From contig DATBHW010000007.1 in assembly GCA_036557285.1 (NCBI GenBank), forward strand, positions 17,657-81,656: a stretch of 64,000 nt of DNA, given 5' to 3'. The notes below the pieces were generated by a model. It saw nothing but the letters and a program-made list of their open reading frames with translations, had not been told where the DNA came from and made no database searches. Positions 8,520 through 17,585 of the stretch are shown here, piece after piece; positions within the stretch are counted from its first letter, which is position 1; the number at the start of each line of letters is the position of its first letter. This stretch comes from Ktedonobacterales bacterium (GTDB lineage: Bacteria > Chloroflexota > Ktedonobacteria > Ktedonobacterales > DATBGS01). The position numbers were made by a program, and so were the translations under genes.

Positions 8520-9137
8520 TTATGGCTGGCTTGCGGTAGCCAGCCCCTGCTGAAAGCGCGCCCACGCGGCTTCGACCTGGGCGCGAGTCGCCTCCAACGT
8601 GCCGCTGTTGTCAATCACCTCATCAACCAGCGCCAGCTTCGGCGCAGTGGGCGGCTGCGAGCGGAGTCTTGCGCGCGCCTCTTCCTCGCTGAAGCCGCTG
8701 CGCTCCATCAGCCGCCGCAACTGCTGCTCTTCTTCACAGATCACCAGCCAGCGGCTCTTGCAGAGCGCGCCAGTGCCGCCCTCCAGCAGCTTCACCGCGT
8801 CCAGAATCAAGATCGCATCTGGCGGCTCTGCCTGGATTTCGGCGGCGATAGCCGCGCCCACTGCCGGATGCACAATCGCCTCTAGGCGACGCAGCGCCTC
8901 AGCATCGTTAAAGACGATATTCCCCAGCCTGCGCCGATCAATCGCGCCCTCCGGCGTCAGAATCTCCGAGCCAAAAGCAGCAACCACACCTGCATAGATG
9001 GGCTTGCCCGGCTCGTAGAGTTGATGGACCACCAGATCGGCGTCAATATAGCGCGCCGCCCCAAGCTCCAGCAGCATCTGCCCCACCGTCGTCTTGCCGC
9101 TGGCGATATTGCCCGTTATTCCCAGCAGGATAGCCAT
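8520..9137 (-). CDS. coaE: Dephospho-CoA kinase
   Basis: 'LGITGNIASGKTTVGQML' P-loop, 'IDADLVVHQLY', length 205 aa. Confidence 0.9.
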   Translation of the reverse strand: MAILLGITGNIASGKTTVGQMLLELGAARYIDADLVVHQLYEPGKPIYAGVVAAFGSEILTPEGAIDRRRLGNIVFNDAEALRRLEAIVHPAVGAAIAAEIQAEPPDAILILDAVKLLEGGTGALCKSRWLVICEEEQQLRRLMERSGFSEEEARARLRSQPPTAPKLALVDEVIDNSGTLEATRAQVEAAWARFQQGLATASQP

Positions 9138-9240
9138 CTGCTCATCTCCCTTTTATTGACAAGCCCGCAGCGGCCAGCGACGTACCCTGGGGGCGGGGAA
9201 TCCGCGTCGGCGGATTTGGTGGCCTTGGGCCTTTAGAACC

Positions 9241-9329
9241 CCTCACACACCCTCCGCACGAGCAGGGACGGGGTTGTAGCGCCGTCCTTCCAGGCGGCAG
9301 GGGTGGGGCCAACCGTCGGTTGTGTGAGG
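9241..9329 (+). repeat. 89-bp palindromic intergenic element, family A, copy 1
   Basis: CCTCACACACCC...GGTTGTGTGAGG terminal inverted repeats enclose a 'GTAGCGCCGTCCTTCCAGGCGGC' unit. Near-identical copies lie at 47014 and 59426. Confidence 0.9.
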
Positions 9330-9346
9330 CATTCTTAGGTGCGGTT

Positions 9347-10099
9347 TTAACCGCCAGCTTGCTGCCAGAACGCCTCCAGACGCTGGTTGAACGGCGCGCC
9401 CGCCCGATAGATAGTATGATACCAGCCCTTCAGCACAAAACGCTCTGCGCCCAGCCGCGCAGTAATAATATCGGCAACCGCATCCAGCGCGGGGTTCCAA
9501 TTGCCGCTCACCACCAGCTTAGGGAAGGTGGTTGCCGCCAGGGCATCCAGCGGGATAGAGATGGTCCAGGGCGGCGCTTCGGCCATATGCGCCTCAACGG
9601 CTTTGCGCTCGATAGGCGATAGCTCGACACGTTCTGGGATCGGTTGGCCCATCAGCCTTCTGAAGTCTTTCCAGAACTCTTCAGGCGTCTTGCCCAGCGG
9701 TGGCGGCTCGAAGTGGCTCAGCCCGTCCACCTGGGCATCCGCCGCCGGATTGCCAAATGCCACGCTCAGCGCGGGCGGCTCGATCACCGTCAATGAACGC
9801 ACCAGTTCTGGCCTGCGCGCCGCAGCCATCATCGTCACAATCCCTCCATAGGAAAACCCCACCAGATGCGCGCCCGCTCCCAGCAGGCTCAACATATCCT
9901 GCACATCCCCCTCCACGTCGGTCTGGGTAACGACAGGCCGATCTCCATAGCCCCGGCGCGTCAGGATCAGCAGCCGATAGCGTTCGGCCAGCGGGCGCTG
10001 CCTGGCCCACATCTCGCTAATCGGCGCGGGCGCGCCGCTGCCATGAATCAGCAGCACAGGCTCGCCCTCACCCCACACCTCAACTGGAACAGTATCCAT
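9347..10099 (-). CDS. Alpha/beta hydrolase
   Basis: 'VLLIHGSGAP' oxyanion region and nucleophile elbow 'GFSYGG'. Start set at the ATG at 10099 (MDTVPVEVWGEG...); the longer ORF has no support. Confidence 0.8.
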   Translation of the reverse strand: MDTVPVEVWGEGEPVLLIHGSGAPAPISEMWARQRPLAERYRLLILTRRGYGDRPVVTQTDVEGDVQDMLSLLGAGAHLVGFSYGGIVTMMAAARRPELVRSLTVIEPPALSVAFGNPAADAQVDGLSHFEPPPLGKTPEEFWKDFRRLMGQPIPERVELSPIERKAVEAHMAEAPPWTISIPLDALAATTFPKLVVSGNWNPALDAVADIITARLGAERFVLKGWYHTIYRAGAPFNQRLEAFWQQAGG

Positions 10100-10121
10100 G
10101 TTTACCTCGTCACGTTCTGGC

Positions 10122-10859
10122 CTACACCTGATAAAACGCGAAAAAGTCCTGAAGCTCACCTTGCGTGACCAGTACCTGATAGGGGAAACAATCCGCAATG
10201 CCCTCAAGAGCGCGCAGGCGCTGAACCCGCTGCAAGAAATCGGCTGCCATCTCCTCATTCACCTGCCAGGTATGCCGGAGAAACTGGCCCCACAAAGCGC
10301 GAAATTGCAAATGAGGGCTGTCAACCCTGGCCGATTGCCCAAAGGTCGGTGGGAAGAGACGCCGATACGCATCCCAATTGTAGAGCCACGATCCCCCAGA
10401 TACCCATCTTGCCTGGGGATGAGCGTCTCGAATATACTGAAACATCGCGCGCATTTCGGCCACGCGGACAGATCGCCGCTCGTGGCTCAACGCGCCGCAG
10501 GACGAGGTATCCTGATTAGAAAAGTGGAGACGAATTGCCAGGCGCTCAGGATAGTAATCATAAGCGAAGCACCCCCAATGAGGAAAATCCGTGAACTTCG
10601 GGATGTTTGGATAGCGTGTGAGATAGGTCTGATAGGCCCACGCGGTATCCTGGCGCGTCCCCTGCAATCCCTGGATATACGATTGCCATGCTGGCTGCGC
10701 GGCGTCAAACTGGCCTTCTATCCCCAGGATTTTATAGATCGCCGTATTATGCAGAACAGCTTCAGCAAGCGACAGCCGGGCAACTTCAGCCACTTTCCGA
10801 GCAAACAGCAGTTGCACCTCAAGATAGCGCTCAGGATAGACTTGAACCTGTGCTTGCAT
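10122..10859 (-). CDS. Conserved-looking hypothetical protein, Trp/Tyr-rich, no recognised domain
   Basis: 245-aa ORF with coding-like composition, 22 nt upstream of the hydrolase on the same strand. I recognised no motif. Confidence 0.6.
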   Translation of the reverse strand: MQAQVQVYPERYLEVQLLFARKVAEVARLSLAEAVLHNTAIYKILGIEGQFDAAQPAWQSYIQGLQGTRQDTAWAYQTYLTRYPNIPKFTDFPHWGCFAYDYYPERLAIRLHFSNQDTSSCGALSHERRSVRVAEMRAMFQYIRDAHPQARWVSGGSWLYNWDAYRRLFPPTFGQSARVDSPHLQFRALWGQFLRHTWQVNEEMAADFLQRVQRLRALEGIADCFPYQVLVTQGELQDFFAFYQV

Positions 10860-10902
10860 ATCTGGTTCCTTTGCTGCCTTGCAGCAGCACGTTGACGGGC
10901 TT

Positions 10903-12831
10903 CTACTCGCTCAAGCCTGCCCACTCCTCATAAAGAGCAGCCAATCTGGCTTTCTCACGCTCGTAATCTTCGGCAAGCGTCGTGATGCGCTCAACGTCGG
11001 CTTCCAGGCTGGCCGCCGAGAGCTGCTCCTCCAGCGCAGCGACACGCTGCTCAGTCGCGCTGATCTCCGCTTCGACATCGCCGATCTGGCGCGTGGCCTT
11101 GCCCTTACTTGAGACCGTCTGGCCTTTTCTCCCATTTGCCTGCGACGGGGCCGCTGCGGCTTGCGATTCCTGCCGCCGCGCCTGAATCGCCGCGCGCGCC
11201 GCCGCAGCGGCCTTGCGCGTCCGATAATCGGTATAATTGCCCGGATGGTTGATGAGCGCCCCGTCCTGCACCATCCAGACGCGCGTCGCCAGCGCATCCA
11301 CAAAATAGCGGTCATGCGAAACGAAGAGCAGCGTTCCATCATACCCGGCCAGCACTTCTTCGAGGAACTGGCGCGAGGGTAGGTCCAGGTGGTTCGTCGG
11401 CTCGTCCAGCACCAGGAAATTCGCACCGAGCAGCGTCAGCTTTGCCAGCGCCAGGCGGCTGCGTTCGCCGCCGCTGAGCGCGCTGATCGGCTTATAGACA
11501 TCATCTCCGCTGAAGAGAAAGCGCCCCAGAAACGTGCGGGCGCTCTCCTCGCTGAAGGGCGTTGCCTGGCGAATCTCATCCAGCACCGTACTCTGGGGAT
11601 TCAGGTCGTCATGTGTCTGCGCGTAATAGCCCACCAGCACATTATGCCCCAGCGCCACGCGCCCCTCCAGCGGAGCAAGCTGCCCGATAATCGTTCGCAA
11701 AAGGGTCGTCTTGCCGCTGCCGTTCGGGCCGAGCATGCCGATGCGCTCGCCGCGCTGCACTTCCATATCGGGAACCATCAACAGACGCAAGGCGCCATCG
11801 GCTGCATTCGTCTCTGGATACCCAACCACCAGCTTCTGCGTCGAAAGCGCCATCTGCCCGCTTTCAATCTGCTTGCCCAGCCGGAAGCGCATTTCCTGAA
11901 AATCTTGCGGGCGCTCCAGCCGCTCCATCCGGTTCAACAGCGTCTGGCGGCCACGCGCCTCTTTGCTGCGCTGCCCAGCTTTATAGCGCCGGATAAACTC
12001 CTCGGTGCGGGCGATATACTCCTGCTGCTCCTCGTATTCTTTGCGCCGCCGTTCCAGCCGCTCGGCGCGCTGCTGCAAGTAGCGCGTGTAGTTGCCCTTA
12101 TATTCCTCGACACGCCCAAATGCCAGTTCCAGCACGCGCGACACGACCTTATCAAGAAAATAGCGATCATGGGCCACGACGATGATCGCGCCCTTCCAGC
12201 CGCTCAGATACTCTTCCAGCCATTCCAGCGCAGCCAGATCAAGATGGTTTGTCGGCTCGTCCAGCAAGAGCAGGTCCGGCTCCTGCAACAACAGCTTGCC
12301 CAGCGCCGCGCGCGTCTGCTGGCCGCCGCTCAGGCTCGTCGCGGGAAGCGCCTGCTGCTCTTTGGTAAAGCCCAGGCCATCCAGCACCTGGTCAACGCGC
12401 GCCCCAATCGTATACCCGCCCGCGTGCTCAAACCGCTCTTGCAACTCAGCATAGCGGTCCAGCAGACGCTCGTACTCCTCAGCATTCTCAAACGATTCCG
12501 GCGTCTCCATGCGCGCCGCCAGCGTATGCAGCTCCTGCTCCCAGGCATGCGCGTTCGCAAAGACCTGAAGCATCTCTTCGCGCAGTGTGCGCGTTGGCAC
12601 AAAGCCTGCCGTCTGCGTCAGATAGCCCACGCGCAGCGCGCTCGCGCCGGAAAGCGCGCCGCCATCCGCCTCCTGGCGGCCAGCCAGAATATCCAGCAGG
12701 GTTGATTTGCCCGCGCCGTTCGGACCAACCAGCCCAATCCGGTCATTGGCGTCCACGCGAAAGCTGACGTCGGAGAAAACCATCTCCGCGCCAAACGATT
12801 TTGTCAGATTTTCAACGGTTAGCAAAGACAT
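10903..12831 (-). CDS. ABC-F family ATPase (translation factor / Uup-YheS type), no TM domain
   Basis: Two Walker A motifs (GPNGAGKST, GPNGSGKTT), two signatures (LSGGQQ, LSGGERSR) and a C-terminal coiled coil. Start set at 'MSLLTVENLTKSFG'. Confidence 0.9.
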   Translation of the reverse strand: MSLLTVENLTKSFGAEMVFSDVSFRVDANDRIGLVGPNGAGKSTLLDILAGRQEADGGALSGASALRVGYLTQTAGFVPTRTLREEMLQVFANAHAWEQELHTLAARMETPESFENAEEYERLLDRYAELQERFEHAGGYTIGARVDQVLDGLGFTKEQQALPATSLSGGQQTRAALGKLLLQEPDLLLLDEPTNHLDLAALEWLEEYLSGWKGAIIVVAHDRYFLDKVVSRVLELAFGRVEEYKGNYTRYLQQRAERLERRRKEYEEQQEYIARTEEFIRRYKAGQRSKEARGRQTLLNRMERLERPQDFQEMRFRLGKQIESGQMALSTQKLVVGYPETNAADGALRLLMVPDMEVQRGERIGMLGPNGSGKTTLLRTIIGQLAPLEGRVALGHNVLVGYYAQTHDDLNPQSTVLDEIRQATPFSEESARTFLGRFLFSGDDVYKPISALSGGERSRLALAKLTLLGANFLVLDEPTNHLDLPSRQFLEEVLAGYDGTLLFVSHDRYFVDALATRVWMVQDGALINHPGNYTDYRTRKAAAAARAAIQARRQESQAAAAPSQANGRKGQTVSSKGKATRQIGDVEAEISATEQRVAALEEQLSAASLEADVERITTLAEDYEREKARLAALYEEWAGLSE

Positions 12832-12877
12832 AGCGCCTGAATTGTACGCGATACTGCCGGGGTGGCGCAAGCATAGC

Positions 12878-13318
12878 TTAGATGTCTTTCCACAGCTTCG
12901 CCTGGCTGAAGTGAGACAAATGCCCAACGTTCGTTGTGGCGATGATAACCTCATCCTCTGGGCGGCTGATGATGGCCGCCTGAGTGCAGAGAATCATATC
13001 CCCATCGAGGGCTTTGTTATCGGCAGTTGGCCGACCATGACGCCGAGCCTCTGCCCACAACTCAGCAGCTTTGAGCATCGTTGAGGTCGTCAGCGGGAGG
13101 TAATCCAGATCATTCTTGAGTTCGTTCAGACGCTCAATGCTCTTTACGCTGCCAATACGCAGCAGTTCACGGCGCAACTCATAGTCTGCAATTTCAGGAA
13201 CAATCACCCTGACCTGCTCTTGTACTAACCGACGCAGCCAGGCAACAATCTCAGGCGCTGGCTTGGGATGAGCAAGCATGCCAAGCGGACCAGCATCCAG
13301 CAAAATGATTCTACTCAT
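12878..13318 (-). CDS. PIN-domain toxin (VapC-like)
   Basis: Acidic PIN residues in 'ILLDAGPL', 'VPEIADYEL', 'ALDGDMIL' and 'TTNVGHL'. 8-nt overlap with the upstream small gene. Confidence 0.75.
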   Translation of the reverse strand: MSRIILLDAGPLGMLAHPKPAPEIVAWLRRLVQEQVRVIVPEIADYELRRELLRIGSVKSIERLNELKNDLDYLPLTTSTMLKAAELWAEARRHGRPTADNKALDGDMILCTQAAIISRPEDEVIIATTNVGHLSHFSQAKLWKDI

Positions 13319-13601
13319 CTGTAAACAGGCTCCGCGAGGAGAGCCGATCCTCTTCCAGGGCAGCTTTCACTTTGGGCCAGGTTTCCTCATCATAGCCAGA
13401 TTCGTCTGCCAACCACTCATCCAGATGGCGAAATAGCCGCTCGGTTCGCTCCGCAGGTATAGGTTGTTGGAGCGCGACCTCATGAACGACTGATTCCAGA
13501 AGCGCGATACGCTTTTGTAGCTCCTCTATTTTCGCTTCCAACTCCCGCGCTTCTGAAGAATGAAGCGCTGATTGCTTTGTCTCATCATTGGTTTTTGCCA
13601 T
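13311..13601 (-). CDS. Putative cognate antitoxin (coiled-coil N-terminus, acidic C-terminus)
   Basis: 96 aa, overlaps the PIN gene start by 8 nt. No recognisable RHH/AbrB/Phd motif. Confidence 0.5.
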   Translation of the reverse strand: MAKTNDETKQSALHSSEARELEAKIEELQKRIALLESVVHEVALQQPIPAERTERLFRHLDEWLADESGYDEETWPKVKAALEEDRLSSRSLFTDE

Positions 13602-13888
13602 ATTTTCCCTCCCAGCGCCGCGTTGAACTGCTGCGGTTTAACTCTTTGTCATCTGTAGCATATCACACGGACAGGGGCAATCCCCGGCTGAACTGGAGCA
13701 GCGCGCTCGCTAGTGTTGATAGCCGCGAACAGGCCTGATATGCTGGCAATCGGGATCAGGAGCGAGTAGAATGTAAGTGAGTGATGGCGAGATCGAAAGA
13801 AAGCGAGTGCAGCCATGAGCGCGACACAAACCAATGCGGCAGCGATTCAACGCGCCTGGGGAGAATCACCAGGAGAGAACTAAAGGTT

Positions 13889-15292
13889 ATGGATATTTCT
13901 CTATCCACCCTCCTGGCAGAACTGGTGGCTGATTTAGAGCGGCGCGCTCCCTACGCGGCGGCGCTCTACACCAGCGCCAGCGGTACGCGAATCGGCATCG
14001 ATCACCGCGAGCAAAGCGCCAACCCTCAAGACCCCAGCCAGGGCGTCGTCTTCACTCTCTTCACCGGCGACCATTTGGAAGAATGGGCCACCAGCGACCT
14101 GGACCCGGACCACCTGGCTCAAGGTCTGCGCGCCTGGGCCAGCAGCATCCCTATCACCAGCCGCGAGCAAGCGCCAGCAGGCATCTTGCCCCTGGAGCAG
14201 CGCGGCCAGACTGGCGCCAATAACCTGCAAACCTTCGCCACGCCCTGCCAGATTTCGCCTGCCAGCCTCTCGCTGCCAGAAAAACTGGAACGGCTCCGCC
14301 TCCTTCAGAGCCAGGCGCAAGGCTTTCATCAGCGGGTTGTGAACGCCGAAATCACCTATAACGATCACGAAGAGCGCAAGCTGTTTCTTGGCGGCGGACG
14401 CCAGATGCAGCAGGAGATCACTCGCACGCGGCTCGACCTGACCGTCGTGGTCTCCGACGGCCAGACCATGCAATATAACTGGCTGACCCACGCCGGAACG
14501 GGCGGCCTTGAACTGGCAGACTTCAGCGAAGCCGAACTGAGCGAAGTCTGCGAGACGGCGCTGCGGCTCCTCGAAGCCGACAAAATCGAGCCAGGGCTGT
14601 ACGATGTGGTCACGGACCCCACCGTCTCCGGCACGATTGCCCATGAATGCTTCGGACACGGCGTCGAGCTAGACCTCTTCCCCAAAGGCCGCGCCAGAAG
14701 CGCCACCTACTTCGATCAGCGCGTCGCGGCGCCAGCAGTGGATATGTTCGATGATCCCACCATCCCAGGCGCCTACGCCTCCTATTTCTTCGACGACGAG
14801 GGCCAGCCTGCCGCGCCAACTCAGATTTTGCGCGATGGCGTCCTGGTGGCTCCACTCACCGATCTGGTGTCGGCAACGCTCACCGGGCGCAGCCGCAGCG
14901 CCAACGGACGCCGCACAAACTACGCGCGCAAGAGCTACGCGCGCATGTCCAATACCTTTTTCGGGCGCGGAACCGTCCCGCCAGCAGACTTGCTCGCCAG
15001 CCTGGAGCATGGCATCTATCTGCGCCAGGCGAGCAGCGGTATGGAAGACCCGCTGGGCTGGGGCATTCAAGTCACCGCTCACTATGGTGAGGAGATCATC
15101 AACGGCCAGCGCACCGGACGCCTCTTCGCGCCCATCGGCATCACCGGCTACGTCCCCGATCTGCTGCAAAGCATCTCTGCCATTGGCAATGATTTCGCGC
15201 TCGATGGTGGTTGGTGCGGCAAGGGGCATAACGATTGGGTACCCGTCTCCTCCGGCGGCCCGCATCTGCGCATGAAAGCGAGGCTGGGATAA
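13889..15292 (+). CDS. tldD: TldD family metallopeptidase
   Basis: Metal-binding 'HECFGHGVELD' and 'GNYARKSYARMSNT'-type C-terminal region. GGAGAG RBS before the ATG at 13889. Confidence 0.85.
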   Translation: MDISLSTLLAELVADLERRAPYAAALYTSASGTRIGIDHREQSANPQDPSQGVVFTLFTGDHLEEWATSDLDPDHLAQGLRAWASSIPITSREQAPAGILPLEQRGQTGANNLQTFATPCQISPASLSLPEKLERLRLLQSQAQGFHQRVVNAEITYNDHEERKLFLGGGRQMQQEITRTRLDLTVVVSDGQTMQYNWLTHAGTGGLELADFSEAELSEVCETALRLLEADKIEPGLYDVVTDPTVSGTIAHECFGHGVELDLFPKGRARSATYFDQRVAAPAVDMFDDPTIPGAYASYFFDDEGQPAAPTQILRDGVLVAPLTDLVSATLTGRSRSANGRRTNYARKSYARMSNTFFGRGTVPPADLLASLEHGIYLRQASSGMEDPLGWGIQVTAHYGEEIINGQRTGRLFAPIGITGYVPDLLQSISAIGNDFALDGGWCGKGHNDWVPVSSGGPHLRMKARLG

Positions 15293-16683
15293 TGCGCCCG
15301 ACAGACCCTCTGGAAACAGTAACCCAGGCATTAGAGCATCAGGCTGGCGTGGCTGACTGGCAGGCCCAACAGACCACCCGGCGCAGCGCCCAGCTCTTCC
15401 TGATCGGCGCTCAGACCGAAACGCAGCGTCTGGTCAGCACCGAACAGGTAGAGATGCGCGTCTATAACGATCACCCGCCGCGCGACTCCCAGCCAGGCTC
15501 ATTTACAGATAAGGGCGGCGATTTCAATCGCCGACAGGCGCGAGGCGCAACCAGCCGCATCCTGCTCCCTGAAGAGATTACCGATCAGACCCGGTTGCAG
15601 CGCGCTCTGGAAGAGAGCGTCGTGATCGCGGGCCTCACCGACAACCTGCCCTACAGCCTGCCAGGCATGCCCGCTGCTGGCTACCCGGCAGTTGAAACGG
15701 CAGATCGCGCGCTGGCCGATTCTGACGACGCGCGGCTGGCCGCCCTGGCGGAACTGCGCGAGCGCCTGCTGGCCGCCGTCGCCGACGAGCCGGGCATCCG
15801 GCTCAGCAGCGTCGAACTCTTCGCCACCGCCAGCGCGATCACCCTGCGCAACAGCCAGGGCATCCGGGCAAGCCGCAGCGAAACCGAGGTCTTGTGTGAT
15901 CTGGTCCTGATCGCCAGCGACGGAACACAGACCGCCGAATATCACGCCATGCCCCAACGGCGGCGGCTGGCCGACCTTACCCTTGAAGAAGTCGTTCATC
16001 GTTCGGCGCGCTATGCACGCGACAGCCTGCGCGTCGGCCTGGCGCCCACGCACGAGGGGCCAGTCGTCATCAGCGGCGAGGCGCTGGTGGACCTCTTCTC
16101 GCCGCTTATCTTCCACAGTTCCGCGCGGGCGGCTTATCAATCCATGAGCCGCTTCGCCCTGGGCGCATCCATTTCCGGCGACGACAGGATACAAGGAGAC
16201 CGCCTGACCTTCATAAGCAACGCGCTGCTGCCCTATGGACAGGCCAGCGCCCCCTTCAGCGAAGAGGGTCTTCCGGGTGAGCGAGTGGTCCTGATACAAG
16301 ACCACTACCTGCGCGCCTGGTGGGCCACCAGGCGCTATGCAGACTATATGCATATTCGCCCAACCGGCAGCTTTGCCAACATCGAGATCCCCCCTGGCTC
16401 CCACACGGTACAGTACTTGCTAGAGGGCGAGGGTCCATTGTACCATCTGGTGGCTTTTTCGTGGCTGAACCCGGATGCGCTGACCGGCGATTTTGTCGCC
16501 GAGATCAAGCTCGGCTACCGGCTGGAACGCGGACAGGCCACACCGATCAAAGGCGGCTCGTTGAGCGGCAACCTGCTTGAAGCGCTCGCCCGGACATCTG
16601 TTTCACGTGAAACACAATTCACTGGCGGTTACACCGGCCCCCTGGCCCTGCGCTTCGAGCGGCTGACCATATCGGGTGGCTAA
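15292..16683 (+). CDS. pmbA: PmbA/TldE family peptidase partner subunit
   Basis: TldD/PmbA fold without an HExxxH motif. Its start overlaps the tldD stop (TAATG at 15290-15294). Confidence 0.75.
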   Translation: MRPTDPLETVTQALEHQAGVADWQAQQTTRRSAQLFLIGAQTETQRLVSTEQVEMRVYNDHPPRDSQPGSFTDKGGDFNRRQARGATSRILLPEEITDQTRLQRALEESVVIAGLTDNLPYSLPGMPAAGYPAVETADRALADSDDARLAALAELRERLLAAVADEPGIRLSSVELFATASAITLRNSQGIRASRSETEVLCDLVLIASDGTQTAEYHAMPQRRRLADLTLEEVVHRSARYARDSLRVGLAPTHEGPVVISGEALVDLFSPLIFHSSARAAYQSMSRFALGASISGDDRIQGDRLTFISNALLPYGQASAPFSEEGLPGERVVLIQDHYLRAWWATRRYADYMHIRPTGSFANIEIPPGSHTVQYLLEGEGPLYHLVAFSWLNPDALTGDFVAEIKLGYRLERGQATPIKGGSLSGNLLEALARTSVSRETQFTGGYTGPLALRFERLTISGG

Positions 16684-16746
16684 GATGCTAGCTGAGACGC
16701 TCCAAGAACGCCTGCGGCTGGCGGCGAACCATTCCTGCCCCATCTG

Positions 16747-16775
16747 TTGGCTGCACATTGGAGGTATGTTATAAT
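16747..16775 (+). promoter_or_regulatory. Candidate promoter TTGGCT-N17-TATAAT (extended TGTTATAAT) for pyrE
   Basis: Hexamers were read directly. It lies 55 nt upstream of the ATG at 16830. Confidence 0.45.
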
Positions 16776-16829
16776 GCAACGCGCGATACCGCCCTGGCCT
16801 TTTTCAACATCTTGGGATGGGAAGGAAGC

Positions 16830-17513
16830 ATGACAAAAGAACAATCGCTTGATAACCTCTGGCTGGCGCAGATGCTCTTCGATCTGGGGGCCGTGAAGTT
16901 TGGGGACTTTACTATTAGCGAGGCAACCGTCAGTTCACCCGTCTTCATCAATCCCAAGATGCTCATTGGGAATCCCAGCGCGCTGCGCGTAGCGAGCAAA
17001 CTGATTCAACAAGAAATCAGCCTGGCGCAATCCATGCGCCGCCCCAAGGTGCATCCCTTTGAACTCGTCGCCGGGGTTCCAGTTGGTGGCCTGCTCTTAG
17101 GCTCCGCCTACTCGCTGGAAACCAATATCCCGCTCATCTACCCGCGTCTGCGTCCAGAAGGCACTGGCAAGCGCGGCATCGAAGGCCGCTACTGGCCGGG
17201 CGCGCGAGTCCTGATCATTGACGATCTGATTACCAGGGGCGGCAGTATTCTGGATACGGCCCATTTCCTCGAACACCATGATCTGGTCGTCAAAGATGTC
17301 ATCGTGCTGATTGACCGGGGGCAGGGCGCCGCCGAACGCCTCCACCAGCATGGCTATAACCTGATTAGCATCCTCAAGCTGGATGTTATGCTCACGTATT
17401 ACGTGAACAAAGGTCTCATCTCAGAACAGGACTTCCGCCGCTGCATGGATTACATCCAGGCCAATCAAGCGGCCAGAAATCATCACATCGAGCGAGAAGC
17501 CAGCTCAGACTAA
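16830..17513 (+). CDS. pyrE: Orotate phosphoribosyltransferase
   Basis: 'GAVKFGDFTISEATVSSPVFIN' and PRPP loop 'VLIIDDLITRGGSI'. GGGAAGGAAG RBS. Confidence 0.85.
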   Translation: MTKEQSLDNLWLAQMLFDLGAVKFGDFTISEATVSSPVFINPKMLIGNPSALRVASKLIQQEISLAQSMRRPKVHPFELVAGVPVGGLLLGSAYSLETNIPLIYPRLRPEGTGKRGIEGRYWPGARVLIIDDLITRGGSILDTAHFLEHHDLVVKDVIVLIDRGQGAAERLHQHGYNLISILKLDVMLTYYVNKGLISEQDFRRCMDYIQANQAARNHHIEREASSD

Positions 17514-17515
17514 CC

Positions 17516-17557
17516 AGCGCCAGGATGGGGAAAGAACCTGCTCCCCATCCTGGCGCT
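17516..17557. terminator. Perfect 16-bp stem / 10-nt loop hairpin between the convergent pyrE and stomatin genes
   Basis: AGCGCCAGGATGGGGA-aagaacctgc-TCCCCATCCTGGCGCT. No U-tract on either side. Confidence 0.6.
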
Positions 17558-17585
17558 CGCGTCAGAGCGGCCTGGCGCATGCCTC

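Noticed and set aside
9243-9500. Recurring peptide 'MPHTTDGWPHPCRLEGRR...' at the ends of three minus-strand ORFs (9243-9500, 47016-47354, 59428-59685), suggesting a small gene family
   Set aside because: The shared part is only the translation of the 89-bp family-A DNA repeat, and the rest of each ORF is unrelated or overlaps real genes.
11389-12705. 438-aa plus-strand ORF
   Set aside because: It is antisense to the ABC-F ATPase, whose Walker and signature motifs are unambiguous.
13934-16404. Minus-strand ORFs of 241, 220 and 301 aa over the tldD/pmbA genes
   Set aside because: These are shadow frames opposite clearly identifiable TldD/PmbA coding sequence.
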